Below are positions 47,046-61,145 of a stretch of 64,000 nucleotides of DNA, piece by piece (position 1 is the first letter of the stretch; the number at the start of each line of letters is the position of its first letter). Below the pieces are notes generated by a model. It was not told the DNA's origin, made no database searches, and saw nothing but the letters and a program-made list of their open reading frames with translations. The DNA is from Antedon mediterranea (lineage: Eukaryota; Animalia; Echinodermata): NCBI RefSeq assembly GCF_964355755.1, contig NC_092680.1, positions 12,409,045 to 12,473,044 on the forward strand. Direction: 5' to 3'. A program made the translations under genes and the position numbers.

Positions 47046-49030
47046 AACTAGATGGTTCGCTCGCGTACCATCTAGGTCGTGCCCACAGATGGTTCTCGAA
47101 TATACAGTAATTTCAGCGTAACAAAAACTGGCGATTTCAAATGTACGTACCGCAGGACTATAATACATTCTCGTTTACAGAAACGAATAAATAGACACGA
47201 TGATTTATGTAGTCAACTAAAATTAGCACCCTGGGAATTACTTCCGAAGGAGAAACTTATCACAAAATGAGTCCAAATTTTTGATTTGGACTCATTTAAA
47301 GAAACCCAATTTGCGTTTTGTATGTAACATTAGGGTTGAGGGATGGGAAAGCGGATAGGTACAAAGAGAAACAATTTTTAAATATATTCTTTATCCACTC
47401 AGTAACGAAATGTTTTTTTCATGTTTTATAGGCCTATAAATAATATACCTCTAAATACAGTAAAACATTTGCGATTTAATACTTAAACTGTCACTGTCAT
47501 AATCGATTGAAATATTAAAGTACATGTCACAATACACCACTACGACGTTTATATTATTGGTAATTATTAATTAATACAAACGTTTAGAAGGAACTGTCAG
47601 TATAAAGTTTATTTGTATATAATAATGTGTTTATATATCTAACTGTAGCCTATCCACAATGTCAGTAATAAAGTTTATTGGTTATCCGCAACGAAGTTGC
47701 AGGATAACCTCTTGTGATTGTACGAAATCATTCTGTTTGATTTTTGTGTAACGCTTTTCTCTACAACTCGCAAACATAACATTTCGGTAACTATCTTAAC
47801 ATATTGACATTTACGTAACGTCGTCAAGCGAAGCTTTTCATGACGTTTACAATTGCGCAACGTGACTTACGCACGATTTAACGATTTTGTCGTATTTAAC
47901 ATAGCTCGACAACCAAATAACATTTCAACTTGAAACTTTGCAAAAGTTTAATTTATATCATGCGCTAACTTTCTGTTGAAAAAAAATTCCGTGTTTTACA
48001 CAAAGTTACGCGCGCACGCGCATTTAAAATTTCAAAATGCGCAAAATTAATTTCTAATCAACTTTCTACGCGTTTCATGTCGTTTTAAGCATGTCAACAA
48101 TTCCCACGCGTGCGCACATTTTTACGTGTGCGGTGCGCACGTAGCATTGAAAACGTATTTTTTTCGCGTGATTTATGTTTTTCCAGCCTTTTCTAGTAAT
48201 TTTACCAAATTTTAAACAATTTCGACTTAAAGATACGTCATACGAGCACGTCGAATTGGACAATTTGCGCGCGTTTTTTATGAAAAGGTTAAAAAATTCG
48301 TTTAAAATATGCCTTTTTTTAAACAGTCGTAATTTCTAAACTAGACGGTCAACTTTTTGTGGATGACATATTCTGAAAGTAGATGAGTTGTAGGTGTCGG
48401 ATCAGGTATTAATATGGCTAACCGGACATTGTGACGTCATCGTATGGCCACGCGAATATAAAATTTAGGATTTTTGTATCTTTCGTCATAGCTCATCACA
48501 TTGAATAGAGCGCATCTTCACTTATTCGTTTTCCATTTTCACCCCCATTTTGATATTGTCTAGGTCAATCAACTATCTTTCGCATGAGTTAAAAATATTT
48601 TAATTCTTTTGACGTCATCATGCCTAAAAATTTAAATCACGTGTGGCATCAATTTCATCTTTACAGTAAATTTTAATCTGTTATAGCTCATAAGAATAAA
48701 ATGTGATAATCACGATTAAAACTTTTTCTGGAAGCTATTGGATTGTATATACGAAATTATGTAAACATGTTGCCCATCGGATGTTGTGACGTCATCATAT
48801 GGCCAGTTAAATAAAAAAGGTCGTATTTTCATCTTTTGCGTCATAATTCATTACATTTAAAAGAGCGCGCATCAATATTTCACGTATTCAAATTTCTTCT
48901 ACACGCTAATACGTTGTTGCTGAGATAATTTCCTTTCGGAATTGCTACCTTCGCGTTTCATTTTAAAACCGTCAACATGTTAAAAATTGCAATAAATAGC
49001 GGGTCCCGTAATTTCACCTATTCTACACTG
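47046..49030. mobile_element. CpG-rich repeat, possibly Helitron/Helentron-derived
   Basis: Left end ACTAGATGGT...ACCATCTAG hairpin; internal duplicated blocks (TGTGACGTCATC at about 48430 and 48785); no TIR or TSD. Confidence 0.35.
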
Positions 49031-50382
49031 TATGTGATATGGATACAGATTATACTGTGTATATACTATATATGAATTTATATATAGATAAAATTCAGCA
49101 ATAACAACATATCATATTCTTCAGTTCAGGTCATAATGCCAACGTGAACACTTCCTTTTGTCCTCAACCTATCCCCTTATATGTTAATGTTGCACCACTT
49201 GCGCGGCGGATAACCAAACTCGTCAAAGTGACGAGTTACATGTCTAGTTTGTATATATTTTTATATTACATCCAACAGGACGAACATTCACAGTAAGAAA
49301 TGTTCGATTCAAATGAAGACCAAAAATAGTTAATAGGTATTTACAGTATTGTCAAAGTATTGCAAGTTTATTCTCAAAGGGCCCATATATTTACCTACTG
49401 CATGTGTTAAACCAAGGGCTCATAAATTTACCTACTTGTATTAAACCAAACTCTGGCAGACTGAGAGATTGGGATGTTCCATTCATCGCAAATCAATGCA
49501 TTTGTATAATCGTATATTAAATGTATCAAAATAGTATTTTTTTAAGAAAATCGGCCTGTCTTCAACATTATGATGGTGTACTCTAGCTGTTCAACCGGTT
49601 TTCAGCTATTAAAAACAATTATCGTAGGAGGAGATAGGAAAATGTGAAGCCTCCTCGCATTTTTGTGGTGGGTATTTTTCAAGATGGACATCCATTAGAC
49701 AGTGTATACCACGATCAGAAAACACCCCTATTTGGGGCAAATCATTGAACCTAAATTCGTTTTAATCGTCAATAACTAATTATCTAACTTAATTTAATTA
49801 GTAAACAGGGTTACATCAGGTGGTTAAAATCAGTACCGAAAGTACGAACCAACTGTATATACCATCGAGTAAAAATTCTAGAAGTAAGGCGCGATTTACC
49901 GAATTTTGCCCTTACGTAAATTTATATATAGATACATACATGGGTTTATTATAATTAACCAATAATTGCAAGCCAGCAGCAACCTCAAACAACTTGACAT
50001 GTATAACTTATAATAGTACAATTATTCAAGATAAAGGATACAGTAGGCCTACTGTAGTTTTACTGTAGGCCTATCTTAAATTATGTTAAATTATTTAGAA
50101 TTTAATTGTAAGAGATGTCGAAAGTGTCAAAATGGTTCATTTTATTGACGGTCCTGTCTACCTCATCCTCCTAAAGTGCTTTGTATTTTGTGACCAGTAA
50201 TCTTATTAAAAAGTCCCATTCCCTACATTTTTTTCTTGTAAATGTCTATAACAGCATAGTTGTGCCATACTTAATATATATGTTATTTTGTCTAATTCAC
50301 TGTAGGCATAGATTACGCTTTACAAGTTATTCAAAATCAGGAAGAATATTGTAGGCATTGCCACCACTATTAAGATATTATT

Positions 50383-50698
50383 TTTTATATAACACCTATA
50401 TAAATTCCTGTCATTTGATTGGACGAATGTGGGTCACATGGCGTGCAATAGTACGCACTATTCAACGATCGTTAAATAGTACTTTTTGAAACATTTTTGT
50501 GTACGAAAAAAAAACGTCTAGATGTTATATAAAACAAATAATGAATGTTTTGTATTCGTGTAATGGTACAAATAATGGCACTTGGTGAATGATGAAAGGT
50601 TATATCAACTCGGCTTTGCCTCGTTGATATAACCTTTCATCATTCACCTCGTGCCATTATTTGTACCATTGCACTCATAAACATTCATTATTTGTATA
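50383..50698. mobile_element. Hairpin-ended non-autonomous element (Crypton-like, tentative)
   Basis: Inverted arms of about 75 bp (50534-50695) around the loop CTCGGCTTTGCCTCG; CATTTGATTGG motif at the other end. Confidence 0.55.
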
Positions 50699-50748
50699 AT
50701 ATTGTACTATTATGTTATTTACATGTCTTTTTTAAAGGATTACTTTAA

Positions 50749-51895
<1,147 letters not shown>

Positions 51896-54113
51896 CAAAC
51901 AGATTAAGTAGAGAAGTGTATATTACATGAAAAACATAGATTAAAGCTCTATCTATATCTACACTATCAAACTAGTTTGTGCCCAAACATGGTAGTGATA
52001 TGACATGATGTCCATGGGTGCATCACCTTTGATAGTGTAGACAGAGCTTAGTAAAAAAGTGTGTGATAAACTATCCTACAGTGCTAACAAGTTGGTATAC
52101 TCATTCCTACTGTATTTTGCAGCAGTGATTTAAACAGTGTTGAGATTCTAAAGATGAATTCAATTCGTCATTATTTGAAATTCAGACAATACTAACAATA
52201 TTACATATTGCCATACTTGACCGTTCTGCTTTGTCATTTAACTCTACGTTGCATTGCACAGTTCAAACAAAATTATTTGTTGTTTAATGTTTAAATAGAG
52301 ATTCTATTGTGAATGTTTTGATATTAATATGTTTACTTAAAATAATGTAATTTAAGAATAAAGCACATTTTGTAATGATGTAAGGTTGTTGGAATTTTTA
52401 ACCGAATCTTCCTTAATAACATCAATTTAAGAACTTTTTTTAAAGAAATTTATTACAGAAAATAGTATGGAACTTTTTATATTTAATTTCTTGCTAGAAA
52501 TTTGTTTAGAGTTAAATATTATGTATATTTAGATATAGTGCATAAACAGTATTATGTTGTTTGTATGTTTAATGTTCTTATACACACAATGTCTCAAAGA
52601 TCACACTTGCATAATTTGTTTGCAATTCGTGATGTTTGAATTTTGTTTCTGTAATTTGTGATGTTTATTGTAAGTTTCCCAAACTTGAATTCTAATTTAT
52701 TAACTTTTCACACATCTCAGAGTGTATGTGTCGGTGGGTGGTTTTACATAGAAAAAAACAATTGATATGATAATATTAATGGTAGCTATGCTGTATCATA
52801 GTAGGATGGTTATTATGGTATCTGTTGTATTTATAGCAATACTGACTGTTACTGGTAGAATGAGGTCATTTTGTATAGCCGTTTTGATAACATAAAGTTA
52901 AAAAATAAAATTTATAAAATAGTTTTTTTAAACTTCATAATCCCTGCATTTTCTTTGATGTATTCATAGGGGTAGTAGTACAGTATAAGATAAGTGAAAT
53001 CAGCTATTTAAAATTGTATTAATTTAAATACTGTATTTTCAAAAAAAGAAAGGTAGATTAAATTATAGTAACATATATTGACTAATAAGTTTAGAGTCAA
53101 ATATGAATTACGAATCTGGAACATTTACATTTTTTTAAATGTTATTACTACTGTATTAAAAACTCTATTGTTTTGAGTAAAGCTCTGTCTACATTATCAA
53201 ACTCGTTTGACCAAAATAAGTATGATGTGACCAAATATGGTAGTGATATGACGTCACCATGTCCATATATGGGCACATCACACCTTTTTTTTTTCACAAA
53301 GTTTGATAGTGTAGACAGAGCTTTAGAAAGTTTTTTTATATATATAATGTAGAAGAAAACACATTTAAAGGTGCAATCACATGTTCTGTTTTCAGACCAT
53401 TTAAGTTTAACTATTAAATTATAAGATTTGTTATTTACATTATAAAACATTAATTGATATAAAAACATCATGATGTCAAATTGTTTAGTATACTTTATTG
53501 TACAGTAATTGTATGTGTTAAAATCATACTCATCGAAATCTTAAATACTACAGTTTGTTTTCCAAATGAACTCTAGTCTACAAACACTGTCAAACTTTAT
53601 GTGACAAAAAAAATTTGCTGTGCCCATATATGGACACAATTACGTCATATTCCTACAGCATTTTTGTAGTTTGTGTAGTATAGCTTAGCCGAGCTTAAAG
53701 TGTGGTTCCTACTTGGACTCAACGTAAGCGCGCCGCAAGTAATTAAACCAATCACGGCGCGATGGATCATCCGACGGTCGCTTGTGATTTGTCAACGTAC
53801 CAATAGGCGAATTGATTTCATGAGATACAACACCTATTCACAATCCAGTTTTGCACTTTATATTCGGGATACACAAGTAAAGTTAAACACATTAATTTAC
53901 CGTTACACAACTCCCTTGCATAAAATATATAATAATAATACAACTAATAAAATGTTAGTATCTTCTTGCCCATACCATAATCTTTTAATTGGCCTCCTGA
54001 GAAACTTAACCCAACCCTCGTGTGTAACATTTTTTTGACGTCACATAATGCGCGCGCAAAACACCAATCACGTGCTAAGATTGCTCAGTTCATAAATTAA
54101 TCAATTCTACTAT

Positions 54114-55632
54114 GTTTACTTGTTTACTTGTTTCCCGTACACTTTCGTCTACGGGATCGAGGCGAAGCACTCAGTGCTTAAAAGCCCCTCTTAGCAATAA
54201 AATCATATTCTATATAGGGTGAAAACTTCAGCGGGTGGTTAGACCATGCGACGTTAAGTTTTGCTTTGAACAAGTTCACCGTAGCACATGAAACTACATC
54301 CGTAGGCAGAGCATTCCATAAGAGAATAACTCTCCTGGAGAACGTGTCCCTCCTAATATTAAGACGAGAGCTTTTAAACTTGAGTTTATATGGGTGTCCA
54401 CGGGTCCGAGATTCTAGATCAAATTCAAAAAATGTGTTGATCGAAATACGATCGAAACCTTTAACAATCCTAAAAACTTGGATAATATCTGCTCTCTGCC
54501 TTCGATATCTCACTCATGGTAGGAAGACCAAGAATTCTCAAACGTTGTTCATAAGGAATATTACGGTACCTAGGAATCAATCTTGTTGCTCTTTGCTGGA
54601 CCTTCTCTATTTCATCCTGATCTCGTTTTCTAATAGGATTATAAACAGTGTTACAATATTCAAGCGTTGGCCTGACAATAGACTTATACAGCTTCAAAAA
54701 TCCATCTTTATTCAAGAATTTAAAAGATCTATAAATCATTCCTAGTTTCTTATTAGCTCTTTTACAAATATCCGCTACATGCAAATTAAAGATTAAACTA
54801 TGATCAAAGGTAACACCTAGATCTTTCTCCTGCTTTACCTCATGTAGTAAATTACCAGCCATTGAATACAAGAATTTGGGATTATCACGACCATAATGAA
54901 ATACCTTACACTTAGTGTCATTAAAAGGCAATTGCCAAACATTAGACCAATGGGAAGCACTGTCAATGTCTCTTTGAAATAAATCTGCATCATCAATGTT
55001 ATTGACCACTCTATACAACTTGGTGTCGTCTGCAAATAAACGTATACTAGATTCGACAACATCAGGTAAATCGTTAATGAAGATTGAAAATAAGATTGGG
55101 CCCACAACGCTACCCTGTGGAATTCCACTTAATACTGGAGCCTGTGATGACAATTGACCATTGACACTAACTCGTTGTGTTCTATTTGACAAATAATTAG
55201 AGAACCATCCTAGTAGATTTCCCGTAATACCAAAACCTTTCAATTTGACTAGAAGCCTTTGGTGTGGCACACTATCAAAGGCCTTTTTATAGTCTAAATA
55301 GACACAATCAAAGCTATCATGGTTATCCAGGTTAGTAGTCCAACTCTCCAGGACATCAAGTAGTTGTAATGCACATGATCTACCTTGTCTGAATCCAAAT
55401 TGCTCATTGCACAAAAGACCATTACTTTCAAGATACATTACAAGTTTATCCCTAATAATCCTTTCCATCATTTTCCCTATGACCGACGTTAAACTAACCG
55501 GTCTGTAGTTAGCCGGGTCCTCCTTTTTGCCTTTCTTAAATATAGGTATTACAATTGCCTCCTTCCACGATAGAGGGACCTTCTGATCATTGAATAATCT
55601 AGTGAATATTAGACTGAGAGGGTAAGCAATGT
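54114..55632 (-). mobile_element. 5'-truncated CR1-like LINE (reverse transcriptase domain to 3' tail)
   Basis: PANYRPVSLTS, QFGFR, YLDYKKAFDSVPH, GIPQGSVVGP, LFADD; 4-nt TGAG duplication frameshift near 54513; 3' hairpins; (AGTAAACA)n tail; candidate TSD TACTAT at 54108-54113 and 55633-55638. Confidence 0.92.
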
Positions 55633-56465
55633 TACTATTGAACTTATACATTTGAGGGAAATACTTCAGTAGAATACTACGTAATTCATCATTTCTTAAG
55701 ATTGGATTGGTTACTAATTCATCCTTATCATTTTCGTAAATAAATTCGTTATCTTTAATTGCAACTAATCGCCCGTTGCTCATGATTACCGCGCGAACCT
55801 GCAGCAAAAACGGGAATTTACAGTAATAAGGATCAACATAGTGATTGCAAGTTTGCTGTGAAATCGTCAATTGTACAATTGTCATAAAATAAATACCACT
55901 TATCCTTTTCTTCTTCTTTGTTGGCTTGTTGGTAATTACGTTTGTGAATAACGATATCGTATTGTTATCTTTACGACAAAATTTATATTCTAAAAATCCT
56001 TGTTTGTACACAGGCGATGCTTCGTTGAAATCAAGTGGCATAATTCTCCACGTTGGTAAGGACGTGCTTATAATTATCAAGAAAGTGTGAATCTCCTAAC
56101 TGTACGAGTGACCGAATTATCAGAGTCAGATGGAAGTTGTTGATGCCGAATGCCAGTGTTCCTGTATAGGCCTAGTCTACCTGGTAACCAATAGACACAA
56201 GAACCTCTCTCAGAAAATAATTTATGGAATAGCAACTGCCTCCTTGCCGCGTCATCATAGCTGATTTGATTTCTTCAAACGTTGGCACATGGCGCGCATC
56301 CGGTGGTACATTTATCGCATGTACCGTTTGGAATGGTATAGCATGCATGAACGAATACGCAATATCAGACAAGAGTTCCACTTTATTTTGTTCGAACTTT
56401 TTAAAACTATCATCAATTCCCAGAATACTGTTCAGAAAATCTTCAGATTCTTCTTTAGACAACAT
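55633..56465 (-). pseudogene. Intronless arylamine N-acetyltransferase-like pseudogene
   Basis: IPFQT, RQGGSCYSIN (catalytic Cys), HLTLII (His), HFLD (Asp) and C-terminal ELRSILLKYFPQ; in-frame TAG at 56172-56174 and frameshifts near 56070, 55950 and 55840. Confidence 0.82.
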
Positions 56466-57115
56466 CGTTTTGACCTGACGTCCTGGACTACTGCTGACGT
56501 AGTTTGTTACCTAGACCTAAAGTGGAAAAAAAGTAAAGAAAGTAGTCTGCGCGTCAACCATGGAGGAAATTACTGTATAGTTTTAATGGTAGTTTAAATA
56601 AATGGAAGAGACTCTATACGCGCGTGTACCATGCACTAGCGTGGTTCTTCCAACGAGATATAAGCCTAAAGCTTGGTTCCCACTAGAACGTACCGTAACG
56701 CAAGGACGTAAACGCAACGCAAGCGTTTTAACCAATGACAAGCGAAGTTATAGACAGTTAGCAATCACAAGCGAATAAGCCATCGCTTGTGATTGCTCAA
56801 TTCACTTGCGTTGCGTCTTAAGTGCTGGGTTCTTCCCACTACTGACGTAACGCAACGCAGTGACGTATTGATGCACAGCGTTGTGTATTGCGTAATCATA
56901 AGGAAACAGCTATGACGCAATTGTGCTGCAAACATCGCAGGTTTGATTTCACGCAGGCGGGGCCAAACACAATTATTGAAAGGGCATTTTCTTGCGTTGC
57001 GTTACGTTTAGTCGCTAGTGGGAACCACTCTTTAGGACGCAACGCAAGGAACTTGGTAGTGGTTGCACTCGGACGCAATGACGTACGCACTATGATGGAC
57101 TCGGATCGCTTGCGT

Positions 57116-57665
57116 TCAAATTCAAATTCAAATTCAAATATTCTTTATTTATCAAACATAAAACATTGTGAAATACAACAATATAAGAATACATAATAAA
57201 AAGATGAAAAGGAAACACATAAAAACTCAAAAGAGCTTGATAAGTTGTGTCCCCCTACGTCCCTAACAAGCCTAAAAAACTAATACTTGAATAATAATAA
57301 AAGCTAGATCCTGCAACAAGTATTATTTTTAAATTATTTGTAAAATGATAATAAATGTTCTTTAAACAATAATTTAAATATATTTAATGAGTTGGTACTT
57401 TTTGTAGTTCGTAATTCAAGTCATTCCACAGTTTGGGTCCCACACATGACACAGTAAAACTAGTAGAAGTACGATTACGTTTTCTGAGTCTCATTTTGTC
57501 CTTAGATCTTGTATATTATGGCAAGAACCATTTTTTATAAATAGTGATGAAAAACGCACGTCCTGATTAGTAATAACGTTGTACATGAAAAGCCCAATTT
57601 GGTTCTTATTGATATCCGCAATTTTAAGAAGTTTAAATTTATAGAAACATTCAGTCATCGAATCA
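57116..57665 (-). mobile_element. Degenerate L2/CR1-type LINE 3' fragment
   Basis: Minus-strand FYKFKLLKIADINKNQIGLFMY...SLNIFKLLFKEHLL; AATAAA followed by a (TTTGAA)n tail. Confidence 0.65.
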
Positions 57666-58592
57666 TTAAAGATGTATTGTCCCTTTGACTAATTCCCAAA
57701 AAAAATTTTTTTTTTTATTTCGAAAAAAAGTGGGTCATTTTGAAGTATCATAATAGTTATTAACTTTCACCAAAAATTAGTCAAAAGAAAAATAATTTAA
57801 CCGAAATACAGATGTTTTTTTGTTCAAAAATGATGACCAGATTGCATTAGCACCCTATGAGCTAATGTAATCCGGGATGGTTGGGATGCGCTTGTTTGGC
57901 TACTCTGTATGCATAATCATAAAACTTCCTCGCGATCTGTGTGAAAACACCTTCTCAATCGTGATGAGTTGTAAACAATCCTTTTTTTTTTGTCTTTTGT
58001 GGGTTCGTCCCACTTTTATTATAGTTCTATAAATATAAATAATATATGTATATATGCACATTTATATAATTCTCTTATTTATAAGGTACATTGTTAAAAA
58101 AATACATATCTTTTGAACAGTATATACATAAGACTAAGATTTTTTTGATGTTAAGAAGTAACCACATTTACATTCATATACATTTTTAAAAATACAATTA
58201 ATTAAAATATGTCGATGGCAGTAAACTGTCGATAAAAATTGATTTAAAAAAAACGTACTTATGAAAAAGTTATTATTGTTGTTTTATTCTGTTCGTGTCC
58301 GTTGTCTGGGTAGAGAGGCTATAAACTCAGGGGAAGAATATAAAGAATCTTCCCTTTTCACCAAGAAAAAAATGGATGAGATGAAAACGAAGAATGCAAA
58401 AGCTTAATAATAGCATGCACAAATAGAGTAGAGTAGATTTCTATTGAGCAAATAATAAACTGACTAGTTACATGTCGTCGTACGCAAAACGTATCATGGC
58501 GTCATATTAATTTTTAGTAGGCTACCATACCATACAATAGGCCTTTTTACGAAAGCCTATTAGGGCCAACAAAAAAATAACATTGCTTTCAC

Positions 58593-58752
58593 AAATTCGA
58601 AATAACGAATTATTAATTCGTTATTTCGAATTTATTTAAGTAATTTGAAATTTCGAATTATTAATTTGAAATTTCGAATTATTAATTCGAAATAACGAAT
58701 TACTAATTCGAAATTTCGAATTATTAATTCGAAATAACGAATTATTAATTCG
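58593..58752. repeat. Palindromic tandem repeat (AATTCGAAATAACGAATTATT)
   Basis: About 7 units in both orientations, directly upstream of the integrase remnant. Confidence 0.8.
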
Positions 58753-58832
58753 ACCTCTGCTCTTTCTAATGACATCCCAACCATCCCGGATTACATTAGC
58801 TCATAGGGTGCTAATGCAATCTGGTCATCATT

Positions 58833-59490
58833 CGTCCTGAAAACCATTGGATTAGATTATTTCAATCGTAGCTTAAATTATCAAGAGATTATTGAAATGT
58901 TAGCAGAAGATCATGATATGTTGATAAGTAAACGGACATTAAAGCGAAGGCTGAAAAAATGTGCCTTAGTCGAAGAAAACGGCATTCTGACGAACTTGAA
59001 GCCAATTACAGACGTCAGGGATGCTACATGGGTACAGGTGGATGCACATTCGTTGCACACAAAATGGGTTAAACATAGATAAAAAGATGGTCAGAATAAT
59101 TTTAAACCTTCTTGACCCAGAGGGTGTCTAAGCAAGGAGACGACGACTACACAGAAGAATTTATCATGTACCTGGCCCAAACTATATCTGGCATATCGAC
59201 TCGTACGACAAACTTAAGCCATACGGCATTTGTATAAATGGCGGATTCTCTAGACACATAATATGGCTAGTCCAAAAGTTATAGCCGGCTATTACGTAAA
59301 TTCTGTTCGCCAAAAAAATGGATTGTCCCGGGGGTTGTCCAAAGTCTATTAGAACAGATTTTGGAACTGAAAATTCTATTGTTGGTCCAATGCAACAATT
59401 TCTTTGTAATGAGAACAGCAGTTTTATATAAGGAACAAGTCAGCATAATCAACGAATTGAGAGTTGTTGGGGCATTCTCAGAAAATTATT
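58833..59490 (+). pseudogene. IS3EU-like DDE integrase/transposase remnant
   Basis: ISKRTLKRRLKK, GYRWMH, LDPEGV, RRIYHVPGPNYIWHIDSYDKLKPYGICING, RTDFGTEN and SQHNQRIESCW across stops and frameshifts. Confidence 0.78.
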
Positions 59491-61145
59491 ATTAATATCG
59501 TATTTAACTAAAGTGTCTGCCAGAGTAAGATTAAGGGCCTCTTTACATACATTTGTTTTTAAATTTATATGGATCAATTTTAAATTATAGTGTAATATAA
59601 TTGGAGACGTTTTAGACTGCTGAGCCCGGTATTGAGACTTTACTCGCTTGGTTGCAATTGAGTTCGTATATACGATACGATACGATAATACTATACTACA
59701 GGGTATCAGTCGATCGGTGATGATAGATGATGATGTTGTGAATGAGGTGTGTCTCTGTAGGTGTGCCTATGATGAAGTGGCTCAGTGAGGTGTCTCTGGG
59801 CTCTATTGAGACTGGGGGTATATCGGCTGCTGTTCATTGCATATGCCATCATTATATCGTCTTTGAGCTTAGATATAACATTGGTCCTAGTTGATCCACG
59901 ATCTAGGTATAGGCAAGACAAAGGAGTTTGAAAAAATTGTATATCTCAATGATGGATATCGTTGTCACGTCAATTCTCTACTTAAAAGCTGTCATTCTTG
60001 AATTGTTTTACGATGGGAAAGTTCTCTAAGGTTAGATAAACTGTTATTTTAGAGAGCTAATTGGTTACAAGTAGTATTCATGAAAAACATCTGGTCAGTT
60101 TCTTACTGGACTTTTGTGGGGCAAATTTTTGAACTCAGTTGGTGTGTGGTAACGTTAAATATTGGAATTGTATATAACTCTGATACATTACAATAGCAAC
60201 AAGTCGTTGCAGCTTAGCCGTTGATTTCATCGATCATAACGAGTTTATGGGATTACGATATTCTGTCAATGAAAATAATATGATACATTTAATATTTAAA
60301 ATACTGCCATGGACTGACAGATTATGTCTTGCACCAGTTATTTAAAAATATTATAGAGGAATGCAACTATAGCTCTATAACATGTTGATAACACAATATA
60401 CGCATATATGGCAATTATCGCATAATAATTGTATTTTTAAAAAGGTGATATTTTGGCCATTTTTCGGGAAAATTCCTGTAGGCCTACTATAGTACACGGA
60501 TTCTTTTTTCAAACCAATGGTATACAAAACGTACAAGTATACTCAGGGGCGGATTCAATTTACGTCCGAGACGCCAAATGACAAATGTTGTTGGAAATTG
60601 AAATCTTATAGCCGGGAAATTTTACCTTCCTCTTTTTTGTTTGCTTCTCAGTTGAAATGAACATGTCATATTGAGAAACATTACCTCTGCTCCATCTCCC
60701 CTTCTATTTAATTTTAAATTCTTTGACCCGCCCCCTCATGTACTTGCCAAATGGCAGATGACAAGGTAGTAGACCCGCCCTTGATACTGTATTGATATTC
60801 GAATCAATATGACAATACTTTCTTAACTTTCAACTTTATTGTCAAACATAAGAGTGTAAACATTCTAAATTAATGACAAGGGATGATAGATTAGCCAACA
60901 ATGAATATAAAGTGGGGTGGGGGTGTCAACTGTAATGTGAGTTTGTGAAATTTTGATTCGCCGACCGTTTCAATTTCAATTTCAATTTGTTTTATTGAAA
61001 AAAAAGGGGGCAACGACAGACAGATTTGCTACATTTGACAGTGTCATTTCATAACTGTTAGAAGTATAAGTAATTGGGAAACAAATACATATAAAACAAA
61101 ACGTGAATTTAATTGCAAAAACAATCAAGTGTTATGGTAAATTCC

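Noticed and set aside
54134-54190. Possible hammerhead ribozyme (CTGA...GAAA)
   Set aside because: The core reads CUGAGUG rather than CUGANGA and the three-stem junction cannot be built
56162-56180. Tiny intron that would remove the NAT stop (cag|gtagac...tacag)
   Set aside because: Only 19 nt, changes frame, and downstream frameshifts remain
59670-60340. Possible decayed LINE 3' end with a (TCGTA)n tail and ORF 59706-59921
   Set aside because: No clear protein motif; too degraded to call
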